From Oceanipulchritudo sp. (lineage in GTDB: Bacteria; Verrucomicrobiota; Verrucomicrobiia; Opitutales; Oceanipulchritudinaceae), in the NCBI GenBank assembly GCA_041623435.1, contig JBFJWZ010000001.1, positions 1-51,950 on the forward strand: a stretch of DNA of 51,950 nt, in the 5' to 3' direction. The position numbers were made by a program, and so were the translations under genes. Below, piece after piece: positions 22,400 through 31,163 of this stretch. The notes under the pieces were generated by a model. The model saw nothing but the letters and a program-made list of their open reading frames with translations. It had not been told where the DNA came from and made no database searches. How positions within the stretch are numbered: position 1 is the first letter of the stretch; the number at the start of each line of letters is the position of its first letter.

Positions 22400-22630
22400 T
22401 TAAGCCTTGGTAACCTTGCCGGCCTTGAGGGCCTTGGCAGAAACCCAGACGCGTTTAACCTGGCCGTTGGGCATGCGAACGCGGACGCGCTGTACATTCG
22501 GCTTGAAGGTGCGCTTGGTGATTTTCGCGATATGGGTACCGATCCCGCCGCTCTTCTTGGTGAGACCTTTGCGGTGGATCCTGCTGCCGCTTACGCGACG
22601 TTTACCGGTAACTGAACAAATACGTGACAT
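22400..22630 (-). CDS. rpmB: 50S ribosomal protein L28
   Basis: MSRICSVTGK...TKRTFKPNVQ...VWVSAKALK; AGGAGA SD upstream; KKSGGIG insert of the PVC type. Confidence 0.95.
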   Translation of the reverse strand: MSRICSVTGKRRVSGSRIHRKGLTKKSGGIGTHIAKITKRTFKPNVQRVRVRMPNGQVKRVWVSAKALKAGKVTKA

Positions 22631-22656
22631 GATTTTTCTCCTGTGAAAAGCGGCTC

Positions 22657-22684
22657 AAAGTAGGTGGGTCGGAGGCGATGGCAA
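22657..22684 (-). promoter_or_regulatory. Putative promoter of rpmB (TTGCCA-N16-TACTTT)
   Basis: -35 at 22684-22679, -10 at 22662-22657. Confidence 0.5.
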
Positions 22685-22691
22685 GTCTTTT

Positions 22692-23681
22692 TTAATTTTC
22701 GCTGCGCATGGCATGTAGTACCTGGAACTTGTGCCCCATGTTTCCAGGATGCAGGAGTTCCATGAGGGTCTGCTTTTCCCTTGAGAAGCCGGCTGGCGAG
22801 GATTCCATGATGTTCTGGATATGTGATTGGGCATGCTTCATGAAAAAGGCCTCCTGATGCACAAGCTGAACCTGCTTGAACCCGTGTCGTCGTAGCCCGT
22901 CTTCCATTTCATCCCAGATCAGGTGGCAGGTGATGTCGCTTAAACCGGGATTCGACAGGAGGTTACTGCCCAGTTGATGCTGGAAATAGGTGCGCCCGGT
23001 ACCCTCTGGTCTCTGGCTGAAGATGATGGAGCGGTCCAGGCCATAATCGAAGGCGAGGAAGAGCCCTTCCCATGTCTGAGAGCTGATCTCGTCGAGGAGC
23101 TTATGGGCTCGCAGGGGCCAGTCGATCATATAGCCTTCGGGTGCAGAATCAGGCAGGCTTGCCGGTACCTCCTCCGGTTCAAGTATGCAGAACCGGAGCT
23201 GTTCCTCCATTACTGTGACACCGGTTTCCTTCCAGCCTTCTCCAGTCTGGATATACCGCTTGAAGGGTTGTGCATCGAACAGCTCATTGGAAAAGACAAT
23301 CGCCTTGTCCGGGATTTTAATCGTCTCTCCTGGCCGATAGAGGAGGTGTTCACTGAAGGGGTTTGTGTCGATTGCGCCGAGGATACCTCCAGGTGATTCC
23401 GGCCCAGCCTCGACAAAGGCATGCTCACAAAGGGTGTCACCCAGGAGATCCTTAAGGGCCGAGAGGACCAGTCTGGTGAAGAGTTCCCCCATGCTTGAGG
23501 CGGTATAGAAGTCAGTCCCAGGCCGGTAGCCGACGCGGTCCTTGTCGCGCATGTAGTAGCCCACGACTGGATCGTACAAGACACAATCGATATACTTGTC
23601 CAGGGCCAGGGCTGGCTGGCCTTGGGAAAGACGTTCCCGCAGAGCGGCGATGACCTGGGATTCTGGTGGAATTGAAGGCAT
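22692..23681 (-). CDS. MidA/NDUFAF7-family SAM-dependent methyltransferase (ORF extends to 23750; ATG at 23681 preferred)
   Basis: LYDP..GYY, DFYTA, SNELFDAQP, FDYG, PG.SDITCH, MGHKFQVL. Confidence 0.8.
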   Translation of the reverse strand: MPSIPPESQVIAALRERLSQGQPALALDKYIDCVLYDPVVGYYMRDKDRVGYRPGTDFYTASSMGELFTRLVLSALKDLLGDTLCEHAFVEAGPESPGGILGAIDTNPFSEHLLYRPGETIKIPDKAIVFSNELFDAQPFKRYIQTGEGWKETGVTVMEEQLRFCILEPEEVPASLPDSAPEGYMIDWPLRAHKLLDEISSQTWEGLFLAFDYGLDRSIIFSQRPEGTGRTYFQHQLGSNLLSNPGLSDITCHLIWDEMEDGLRRHGFKQVQLVHQEAFFMKHAQSHIQNIMESSPAGFSREKQTLMELLHPGNMGHKFQVLHAMRSEN

Positions 23682-23781
23682 GGACTGGATGGACGATATT
23701 GGAAAGAGGTTCTTTTGGAAGGATTTATCTTTAGAAAAAAAATCGTGCATGGAGGGAAGAGTTTACCCATAGTGCCGGGTT

Positions 23782-24267
23782 ATGGTTAAAGATGTGCTTA
23801 AATTACTCTTGGAAGGGGAAGCTGTCCGGACGGAAGCGATGGCCTCAGTGCTGGGCGTATCCGAGGCGGAAATCGAGAAAACCCTGGCCAAGCTGGAAGC
23901 GGATAAGATGCTTCTAGGCTGGCGCCCGGTGATCAATCCCAAGGCGCTTGCGGAGAATGAAGTACAAGCTTTGATCGAGGTTTCCATCATGCCTGAGAGG
24001 GAGGGTGGTTTTAACCGGATCGCCGAACGAATCGCCCGTTTCGACCAGGTGGTGACGTGTTATTTGATGAGCGGGGGCTACGACTTGCTGGTCGTGGTTC
24101 GTGGCAAGAATTTGTTGCAGGTGGCGACCTTTGTCTCGGAAAAGCTGGCGACACTTGGGCCCGTGCAATCCACAGCCACACGGTTTATGCTTAAGTGCTA
24201 CAAGCGGGATGGTTTTTTCATCGATGTGGATCCTGACGAGCAGGAGATACTGGCTATCAGCCCATAA
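23782..24267 (+). CDS. Lrp/AsnC family transcriptional regulator (AlaR/YugG-like)
   Basis: N-terminal HTH, YLMSGGYDLLV, STATRFMLK.YK; precedes an aminotransferase. Confidence 0.88.
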   Translation: MVKDVLKLLLEGEAVRTEAMASVLGVSEAEIEKTLAKLEADKMLLGWRPVINPKALAENEVQALIEVSIMPEREGGFNRIAERIARFDQVVTCYLMSGGYDLLVVVRGKNLLQVATFVSEKLATLGPVQSTATRFMLKCYKRDGFFIDVDPDEQEILAISP

Positions 24268-24282
24268 GGATAACTAGCACAG

Positions 24283-25446
24283 ATGAACTACGAGAACGTA
24301 ATTGCCCGACATGTTCATGGATTACAGAGATCGGGAATCCGGGACTTCTTTGCTCTCGTGCAACAGATGCCCGAAGCGATATCCCTTGGAATCGGTGAGC
24401 CGGATTTCGTAACTCCCTGGAACATCCGGGAGGCGGCCATTTATTCTCTTGAAAAGGGTAGGACCAGCTATACGGACAACCTCGGATTGTATGCCTTCCG
24501 GCGTGCTGTTGTGGAGTATATTGAGCGTATCTTTGGAATGTCCTATGATGCCCAAACCGAGTGTTTGATCGGAATCGGAGTTTCGGAGACGATGGACACG
24601 GCTATCCGGGCGGTCATCAATCCAGGAGACAAGGTGCTTTATCATGAGCCCTGTTACGTCAGCTATTCTCCGAGCGTACAGCTTGCGGGAGGGGTGCCGA
24701 TAGCGGTTTCGACACATGCGGAAGACAACTTTGCCCTGCGGGTCGAAGGCTTGGAAAAAGCCTGGGAGCCGGGCTGTAAACTGCTCATCCTGAATTTCCC
24801 GACGAATCCAACGGGGGGTGTGGTCGAGCGTGAGCGCATTGAAGAGATTGCCCGATTCGCCGTTGAAAAGGACCTGATTGTCTTGAGCGATGAAATCTAC
24901 GCCGAGCTCACCTATGAGGGTGAGCACGTGAGTATTGCCTCCATGCCCGGCATGCGGGAGCGGACGATTTTCCTGCACGGGGTATCCAAGGCGTTCGCGA
25001 TGACCGGGTTTCGAATCGGATACGCCTGTGCCCCTCATCCGATTATCGAGGCGATGATGAAGGTGCACCAGTATGCTGTCATGAGCGTGCCTATATTCGT
25101 GCAGGAGGCAGGTGTTGAGGCTTTGCGCAATTCAGATGATTCAGTGGCGTCCATGCGCGAATCCTACCAGCGTCGGCGCGACTTCCTGGTCCGGCGTTTT
25201 CGTGAGATTGGGCTTAAATGCCATTTGCCCCATGCAACATTCTATACCTTCCCGGACGTAACGGGAACGGGCCTTGACGGGAAATCCTTTGCCACAGAAT
25301 TGCTGAAGGCACAGCAGGTGGCGGTTGTTCCGGGGACGGCCTTCGGCAAGGACGGATCCAGTTTTGTCAGGGCAAGTTTTTCAACAAGTTATGAGAAAAT
25401 CGAAACAGCCTGTGAACGTATACAGGCGTTTGTCGATTCGCTGTAA
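24283..25446 (+). CDS. Class I/II PLP-dependent aminotransferase (AlaT/YugH-like)
   Basis: SGIRDFF, LGIGEPDF, NPTG, SDEIY, SKAFAMTGFRIG (PLP Lys). Confidence 0.9.
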   Translation: MNYENVIARHVHGLQRSGIRDFFALVQQMPEAISLGIGEPDFVTPWNIREAAIYSLEKGRTSYTDNLGLYAFRRAVVEYIERIFGMSYDAQTECLIGIGVSETMDTAIRAVINPGDKVLYHEPCYVSYSPSVQLAGGVPIAVSTHAEDNFALRVEGLEKAWEPGCKLLILNFPTNPTGGVVERERIEEIARFAVEKDLIVLSDEIYAELTYEGEHVSIASMPGMRERTIFLHGVSKAFAMTGFRIGYACAPHPIIEAMMKVHQYAVMSVPIFVQEAGVEALRNSDDSVASMRESYQRRRDFLVRRFREIGLKCHLPHATFYTFPDVTGTGLDGKSFATELLKAQQVAVVPGTAFGKDGSSFVRASFSTSYEKIETACERIQAFVDSL

Positions 25447-25452
25447 GGAAGC

Positions 25453-26865
25453 ATGAACAGTTTGCCAACGATAGCCCTTGTGGGGCGACCAAATGTCGGC
25501 AAGAGCCGGCTCTTCAACAGGCTGGCCCGTCGCCGCATTGCGATTGTCCACGACCAGGCAGGCGTCACCCGTGACGTCAATTCAACTGTAGTGAGAAATC
25601 ACTACACACTGCTTGATACGGGCGGGATCGGCCTTGTTGTGGACATGGATCATGAGAAGCTGATCGCTGCGGCCGAGTCACAGGTGTGGCTGGCTGTACA
25701 GACAGCAGACGTCATCTGCTTCATCCTTGATGGACGGGAAGGATTGACCTCGCTGGATGAAGCGATCGCGGAAAAGCTGCGCCAAAGTGGCAAGCGGATC
25801 ATCATGGTCGTGAACAAGATCGACAATGAGGACATGACCAACCGGTCAATCGAATTCGAGGCCCTCGGGTTTGATCCGTTAGTGGTCGTATCCGCGGAAC
25901 ATGGCTACAATGCCAGCTCCCTTGAAGAGGAGATTGAAAAGGCGATCGGTCCCCCTCCGGAAAAGGAGGAAAAGCAGGAAGAGGAACACCGAATCCAGAT
26001 TGCCTTTGTCGGGCGTCCGAATGTGGGGAAATCCAGCCTCTGCAACTACCTGCTCGAGGATGAGCGCCTGGTGGTCAGTGAAGTGCCCGGGACAACGCGG
26101 GATAGCGTGACGTTGAACATGGACTTCACCGGTAAGGACGGAACGGTGATGCCGTTCCGCCTCATCGACACGGCGGGTTTGCGTCGCCGCAAAAGGGTCA
26201 GTCATTCGATCGAGTATTTCAGCACGGTGCGGACACGTCATGCGATCGAAGAGGCGGACATCGTGTTTCTGGTGATAGACGCGGAGTCGGGTGTGACCCG
26301 TCAGGACAAGGCCCTTGCTGGTGAAATTATCGATGCAGGCAAGTGTGTAGCCCTCCTCGTGAACAAATGGGACATTGCGATCGACAAGTTCCGTGCGAAC
26401 CAGCCCGATGCCTATGATAACATGGATGCATTTCGAAAGGACTATGCAAAGCAGGCCTTGAGGGAAATTTTCTTTCTGCCGGATTCACCGGTCCTGTTTG
26501 TCTCCGCCTTGCGCGGTTTTTCAATGGACCGGGTTCTAAAGATCTCCCGGGCATTATGGGAGACCTCCGGCCGGACACTGGCCACACCCAAGGTCAATGC
26601 CCTGATACACGGCATGATCGAAAAGCGTCAGCCCCGCTATTTGGATAACAAGCGCTTTAAGGCCTACTACACGGTACAGACCGGTAACCGACCGTTTGAA
26701 TTCAGGATATTCTGTAATCGGGCAACCAAGCTTGAAGATGGTTATCGTCGTTACCTCGAACATGGTTTTATCAAGCATTTCAGCCTGAACGGCTGCCCGG
26801 TGAGGTTCAGCCTGAAGGGCAAGGAAAAGCGATATACGGAACCCGGTAAAAATAGAGCGCGATGA
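25453..26865 (+). CDS. der: Ribosome biogenesis GTPase Der (EngA)
   Basis: Two GRPNVGKS P-loops, DTGG/DTAG, NKID/NKWD, C-terminal KH-like domain. Confidence 0.95.
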   Translation: MNSLPTIALVGRPNVGKSRLFNRLARRRIAIVHDQAGVTRDVNSTVVRNHYTLLDTGGIGLVVDMDHEKLIAAAESQVWLAVQTADVICFILDGREGLTSLDEAIAEKLRQSGKRIIMVVNKIDNEDMTNRSIEFEALGFDPLVVVSAEHGYNASSLEEEIEKAIGPPPEKEEKQEEEHRIQIAFVGRPNVGKSSLCNYLLEDERLVVSEVPGTTRDSVTLNMDFTGKDGTVMPFRLIDTAGLRRRKRVSHSIEYFSTVRTRHAIEEADIVFLVIDAESGVTRQDKALAGEIIDAGKCVALLVNKWDIAIDKFRANQPDAYDNMDAFRKDYAKQALREIFFLPDSPVLFVSALRGFSMDRVLKISRALWETSGRTLATPKVNALIHGMIEKRQPRYLDNKRFKAYYTVQTGNRPFEFRIFCNRATKLEDGYRRYLEHGFIKHFSLNGCPVRFSLKGKEKRYTEPGKNRAR

Positions 26866-27854
26866 AAATTGCCTTCATGGGATCGGATGCGATTGCCCTG
26901 CAGATGTTAAAACATTTGCAGGCAAAGCGATCCTCCGAAATCGAGATCGATTGTGTCTTCACTCAACCCGACCGGCGTGCCGGCCGGGGCATGAAGCTGC
27001 GCATGAATGCCATCAAGCAATGGGCTGCTGGGGAAGGGCTTGAAGTCCTGCAACCGGCCAAGTGTGGAATTGAAGAAGCGCAACTGTTAAAGGACAGGGG
27101 GATTGAGTTGGTCCTTGTCATGGCTTACGGACAGATACTTCCGAAGGTATTGCTGGAAGCCCCACCCAGGGGAACATTGAACCTGCATGCCTCGATCCTT
27201 CCCCGCTTGCGGGGGGCATCCCCTATCCACACGGCAGTCGCCATCGGACTAAAGGAGACCGGTGTCAGCCTGATGCAGATCATTCCCAAGCTGGATGCGG
27301 GCCCTGTTGCCGACGTCGAACAGGTGGCGATTGAAAAATCCGACACTTCCGCAGAAGTCCGGGAAAAACTTTCAGCGGCTTGTGTTCCCCTGATGGATCG
27401 AAATCTTCCCAGGATCGCATCCGGTGAAATTACCTTTCTGGAACAAGTGGAAGAGGAGGTCACCTATTGCCGGATTATCGAGAAGAGCGACAATCATCTG
27501 GATTTCACAAGGTCGGCATCCGAGTTACACGACCGGATTCGGGCATTTCAGCCATGGCCGGGAGCGGCATTCCCATATGGTGATACGGAACTGAAGATCC
27601 TTCAGGCAGAAGTGGACTACTGCCCCGGTCACGGATTGCCGGCTGGGACAATCCAACTGGATGCAGAAGGCCAGCTATACATTTACTGCGGAAGGGACCG
27701 CCTGCGACTGAACAAGCTTCAGCGTCCCGGTGGAAAACCGCTGGAAACGGAGGTGTTTCTGCGCGGGTTCCCAATCCAGGATGGAGAGCTGTTGAAGAGC
27801 CGGCAGATGCGTCCACTCGAGGATAAGGTCCCCTTTCCATATAAACGGAAGTGA
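26862..27854 (+). CDS. fmt: Methionyl-tRNA formyltransferase
   Basis: TQPDRRAGRG, AYGQILP, NLHASILP..RGASPI, LDAGP, IRAFQPWPGA. Confidence 0.93.
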   Translation: MKIAFMGSDAIALQMLKHLQAKRSSEIEIDCVFTQPDRRAGRGMKLRMNAIKQWAAGEGLEVLQPAKCGIEEAQLLKDRGIELVLVMAYGQILPKVLLEAPPRGTLNLHASILPRLRGASPIHTAVAIGLKETGVSLMQIIPKLDAGPVADVEQVAIEKSDTSAEVREKLSAACVPLMDRNLPRIASGEITFLEQVEEEVTYCRIIEKSDNHLDFTRSASELHDRIRAFQPWPGAAFPYGDTELKILQAEVDYCPGHGLPAGTIQLDAEGQLYIYCGRDRLRLNKLQRPGGKPLETEVFLRGFPIQDGELLKSRQMRPLEDKVPFPYKRK

Positions 27855-27916
27855 ATTTGCAGGAAGATGCACTTAGGTCGTTGACCAATGGGCATTTTAT
27901 ATCAATACCGTTTACC

Positions 27917-28525
27917 ATGAATCGCAGACGCCTGAACCCACTTTTGCTGCTTCTCGCAACAGCCGTATTATTTCCGCTCACGACGTTTGGCCAGATGCAT
28001 TCAACGAATGTCCAACTGGCCAACCTGAGGAGCGACATGGATCGCCTGGACCAGATTGTTCGATCGCTTCGGCTCGAGGTGGAGGCCTTGAGGCGGGAGA
28101 ACCGGGAAATGCAGGAATGGGTGAAGGGCCAGCTTGCCAACACCGGTGGAGATGCCGTGACCACCGAGCAAATGAATGCCGTCCTGCGACAGTATGAATC
28201 CAGGATTCAAGCGACCAACGCTTCCAGCCGGCAAACCCTTGTGAACGAAGTCTCCAGGGAAATTGAAACCCTTGCAGAGCAGACCCAGAAAGCGATCAGC
28301 GCGCTTGCAAAAACGATTGAGGGACAACCTCAACTCGAACAAGTGATTGTGTTTAACGACAATTACCCGAGAACAGGAACCTCCTACACCGTGAAGAGCG
28401 GAGATTCCTTAAGTGGCATTGCGCGCAAGCATGGCTCCAACCTGGATTGGATTCGCAATGCCAATCGTTTGTCATCGGATATCATCTATCCGGGGCAGGA
28501 ACTGTTCATTCCCCTGAAAAAATAA
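27917..28525 (+). CDS. Exported coiled-coil protein with C-terminal LysM domain (ORF extends to 27851)
   Basis: Signal peptide MNRRRLNPLLLLLA, coiled coil, YTVKSGDSLSGIA...IYPGQELFIP. Confidence 0.85.
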   Translation: MNRRRLNPLLLLLATAVLFPLTTFGQMHSTNVQLANLRSDMDRLDQIVRSLRLEVEALRRENREMQEWVKGQLANTGGDAVTTEQMNAVLRQYESRIQATNASSRQTLVNEVSREIETLAEQTQKAISALAKTIEGQPQLEQVIVFNDNYPRTGTSYTVKSGDSLSGIARKHGSNLDWIRNANRLSSDIIYPGQELFIPLKK

Positions 28526-28529
28526 GCTT

Positions 28530-29591
28530 ATGTCCAAGAAAACAGGATTGGGACGCGGATTGGGCTCCCTGATCAGCGGCGGCGTCGCCGGAAACACCCC
28601 GCAGAAAGCGCCTGCTAAAAAAACAGCTGCAACCAGGGCTGCGAAAAAAGCCGTTAAGAAGGTTGCAAAAAAGGCCATCAAGAAGGTTGCGAAAAAAGCT
28701 GCCACAAAACCCGCAAAGAAAAGTGCTGCCAGGAAGAGGGCATCCGCTGTGCCGGCAAAGAAAGCTGCACCGGTACAGGAGGAAACCCGGGAAACAGCAG
28801 TCGGTCTGTTTGAGATTCCGATCAGCAGGATTATCCCGAATCCACATCAGCCAAGACAGGACTTTAACGACGAGACCTTGAAGGAACTTGCTGAAAGCAT
28901 TCGTTCCGAGGGTCTCCTGCAACCGGTTGTGGTGAGACGCCAGGACAAGATGTTTGAATTGATAGCCGGTGAACGTCGCTGGCGCGCATGCCAGCAGCTG
29001 AAGCTGAAGGTAATCCCGGCAAGGATTATTGAAGCAACGGAAACCTCCAGTGCAGTTCTTTCCCTGATTGAGAACCTGCAACGGGAAGACCTGAACCCGA
29101 TTGAAGAGGCGATGGGCTATGCCAGCCTGATGCGGGATTTCGACCTGACCCAGGAACAGGTTGCGGAGCGTGTCGGCCGCAGCCGCGCAGCAGTGGCGAA
29201 TTCCTTGAGGCTTCTCCAGTTGCAGAGGGAAGTGCAGGCTTATTTGATCAAGGGGCTGATTTCAGTCGGGCATGCCAAGGTCCTTCTTGGGGTCGAGAAC
29301 GCGGACAACCGGCTTCTCCTGGCTCGCCAATCCATCGAACGTGGCTGGAGTGTCCGGGAAATTGAACGCCAGGTGGAGAATTTCAAAACCCGCACAAACC
29401 GGCCCGCTAAGTCGCGCACATCTGTCCCTGCGGAAGAGGAACGCGCAATAATGGATCTCCAGAAGCAACTTTCCACCACCTTCAGCACCCGGGTGCAGCT
29501 CAAGCACAGCCCAAAGAAGGGAAAGATCGTCATCGAGTATTACGGAAACGACGATCTTCAGCGAATCATTGAACAAATGGGCCTGCATTGA
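28530..29591 (+). CDS. parB: Chromosome partitioning protein ParB/Spo0J with Lys/Ala-rich insert
   Basis: GLGRGLGSL, NPHQPR, GLLQPVVV, AGERRWRA, ENLQREDLNPIEEA, HTH, GKIVIEY C-terminus. Confidence 0.93.
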   Translation: MSKKTGLGRGLGSLISGGVAGNTPQKAPAKKTAATRAAKKAVKKVAKKAIKKVAKKAATKPAKKSAARKRASAVPAKKAAPVQEETRETAVGLFEIPISRIIPNPHQPRQDFNDETLKELAESIRSEGLLQPVVVRRQDKMFELIAGERRWRACQQLKLKVIPARIIEATETSSAVLSLIENLQREDLNPIEEAMGYASLMRDFDLTQEQVAERVGRSRAAVANSLRLLQLQREVQAYLIKGLISVGHAKVLLGVENADNRLLLARQSIERGWSVREIERQVENFKTRTNRPAKSRTSVPAEEERAIMDLQKQLSTTFSTRVQLKHSPKKGKIVIEYYGNDDLQRIIEQMGLH

Positions 29592-29684
29592 TTCCAATGC
29601 ATTTGGGCTTCGCTTGAGATTTGACTTGAAACTTGAAAGGCGGGTCTCCAGCGTGTCTCGTTTTTCCAATCAAAAGCACACGTC

Positions 29685-30125
29685 ATGCTAGATATCATCA
29701 TTTCTTTCCTCACCTTTGTTGCGATCCTGGTCAGCTTGTTCCTGATTCTGGTCATTCTGATGCAGCGGGCGAATTCCAATGCCGGGATGGGCTCAGCCTT
29801 CGGCGGCGGTGTAACTGAGTCCGCATTTGGCGCAGAAACGACCAACATCCTTGTGCGTGCCACAAAATGGGCTGCATTCGCCTTTTTCATCCTTTCCCTC
29901 GTCCTCTTCCTGTTCTACATGAGCAAGAAGGCCAATGGAACAATGGAAGAAACCGATGTCCCGGACATTCCGGTTGTCCAGCAAGAGACCACTGCAGAAG
30001 AATCGGCCGCTAGTGCCATGGATGCATTTGCCACTGAAGGGGCCGGCCTCGTCGAGCAGGCGCAGGAGGAGGCACAAAAAGCGGAGGACGCTGTTGTCGG
30101 ACCTGAAGAAACCCCTACTCCATAA
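29685..30125 (+). CDS. secG: Preprotein translocase subunit SecG
   Basis: Two TM helices flanking ILMQR...GMGSAFGGG...FG; acidic tail. Confidence 0.9.
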   Translation: MLDIIISFLTFVAILVSLFLILVILMQRANSNAGMGSAFGGGVTESAFGAETTNILVRATKWAAFAFFILSLVLFLFYMSKKANGTMEETDVPDIPVVQQETTAEESAASAMDAFATEGAGLVEQAQEEAQKAEDAVVGPEETPTP

Positions 30126-30151
30126 CCTGCACCTCCATTTAGGAGCGGTAT

Positions 30152-30958
30152 ATGACTTTATCAGGAAACCTGTCCCGTATTCCATGGGGCAGGTTTTTTT
30201 GCGCCTCCATTTTAGGAGTCCTGGTCCTTTTCATGGCTCAAACGGTTGGTGCGCAGTTTAAGTTCAGGAAACCTCCCAACCAGCAAATTCCATCCGCACT
30301 CGACGAGCGAAGCGGGGAGGTCATCTGGCAGCAGTTTCTATGGAACCGCGCAATCGGTAAGTTTAATCTTTCCGGATCCCTTGTCTACCGTCCGGCAAGG
30401 GAGAGATCGCGCAGCTATTCCCTGAGCCTCGAGGCAAACTGGAAACCCGATTCGGAAATCACCGTTGTCCGGGTGGCGAATTCCCTCGACAATGTGGTGG
30501 AACATACGGTTGTCGTCGATGAGGATCGCCAGTTCTTTTTGCAGGATACCGAATGTCCTGCTACCTTGTTCAAGTTGAGCGAGGAAGAGCAACAGGATGC
30601 GATTGCCAGTGAGTTACCGATAACATGGTTTGATTTGTTGATGCCGTACTTGTACTGGGGGCAAGCAGAATACATCGGTCCGGAACGATATATCGGTAGA
30701 CCCGCGCATCGTTATGCCTTGTATAACATGGATACGAATTCAGAAATCCGTAAGGTTATCATCACGCTCGATGAAGATTACGCAGCCATTCTGAAGTCGG
30801 ATGCCTTCGATCTGAATGAACGATTGATCAAACGGATGCGTGTTGCCGGATTTAAACAGTTCGGATCCGACTGGATGTTCAGTGAGCTGTATTGGGAGAA
30901 TAGAACCACTCGTGACAGCATTCGTTTAAGTGTGAACGCATTCAGCCTCGGAGAGTAG
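30152..30958 (+). CDS. Exported protein, outer-membrane lipoprotein-sorting (LolA-like) family
   Basis: Signal peptide; ITWFDLLMP, K.DAFD...RLIKRM....FKQ....W pattern of LolA-like sorting proteins. Confidence 0.55.
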   Translation: MTLSGNLSRIPWGRFFCASILGVLVLFMAQTVGAQFKFRKPPNQQIPSALDERSGEVIWQQFLWNRAIGKFNLSGSLVYRPARERSRSYSLSLEANWKPDSEITVVRVANSLDNVVEHTVVVDEDRQFFLQDTECPATLFKLSEEEQQDAIASELPITWFDLLMPYLYWGQAEYIGPERYIGRPAHRYALYNMDTNSEIRKVIITLDEDYAAILKSDAFDLNERLIKRMRVAGFKQFGSDWMFSELYWENRTTRDSIRLSVNAFSLGE

Positions 30959-31163
30959 TCTCGGTTGTTTGGTGGTGCTGGAATTGGGCTGTTTTTTGTA
31001 GTGATTCTTCATGCTATTTTTCCACACAGGCGATAATTAGGTTGAAGGGATGAGCGCTAGATCGTTTCGTAAGATTTAATCAATACTTTTTTTGTTGTAT
31101 TTTTAGCAGTTAATAATAATTATTTTCTCCCTGGTATTCTGAATCCAATACAAAGGACCACAG

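Noticed and set aside
30959-31163. Possible oriC (AT-rich, DnaA-box match, near parB)
   Set aside because: Only one DnaA-box match, only 205 bp, and no dnaA/dnaN/gidA/parA in the window
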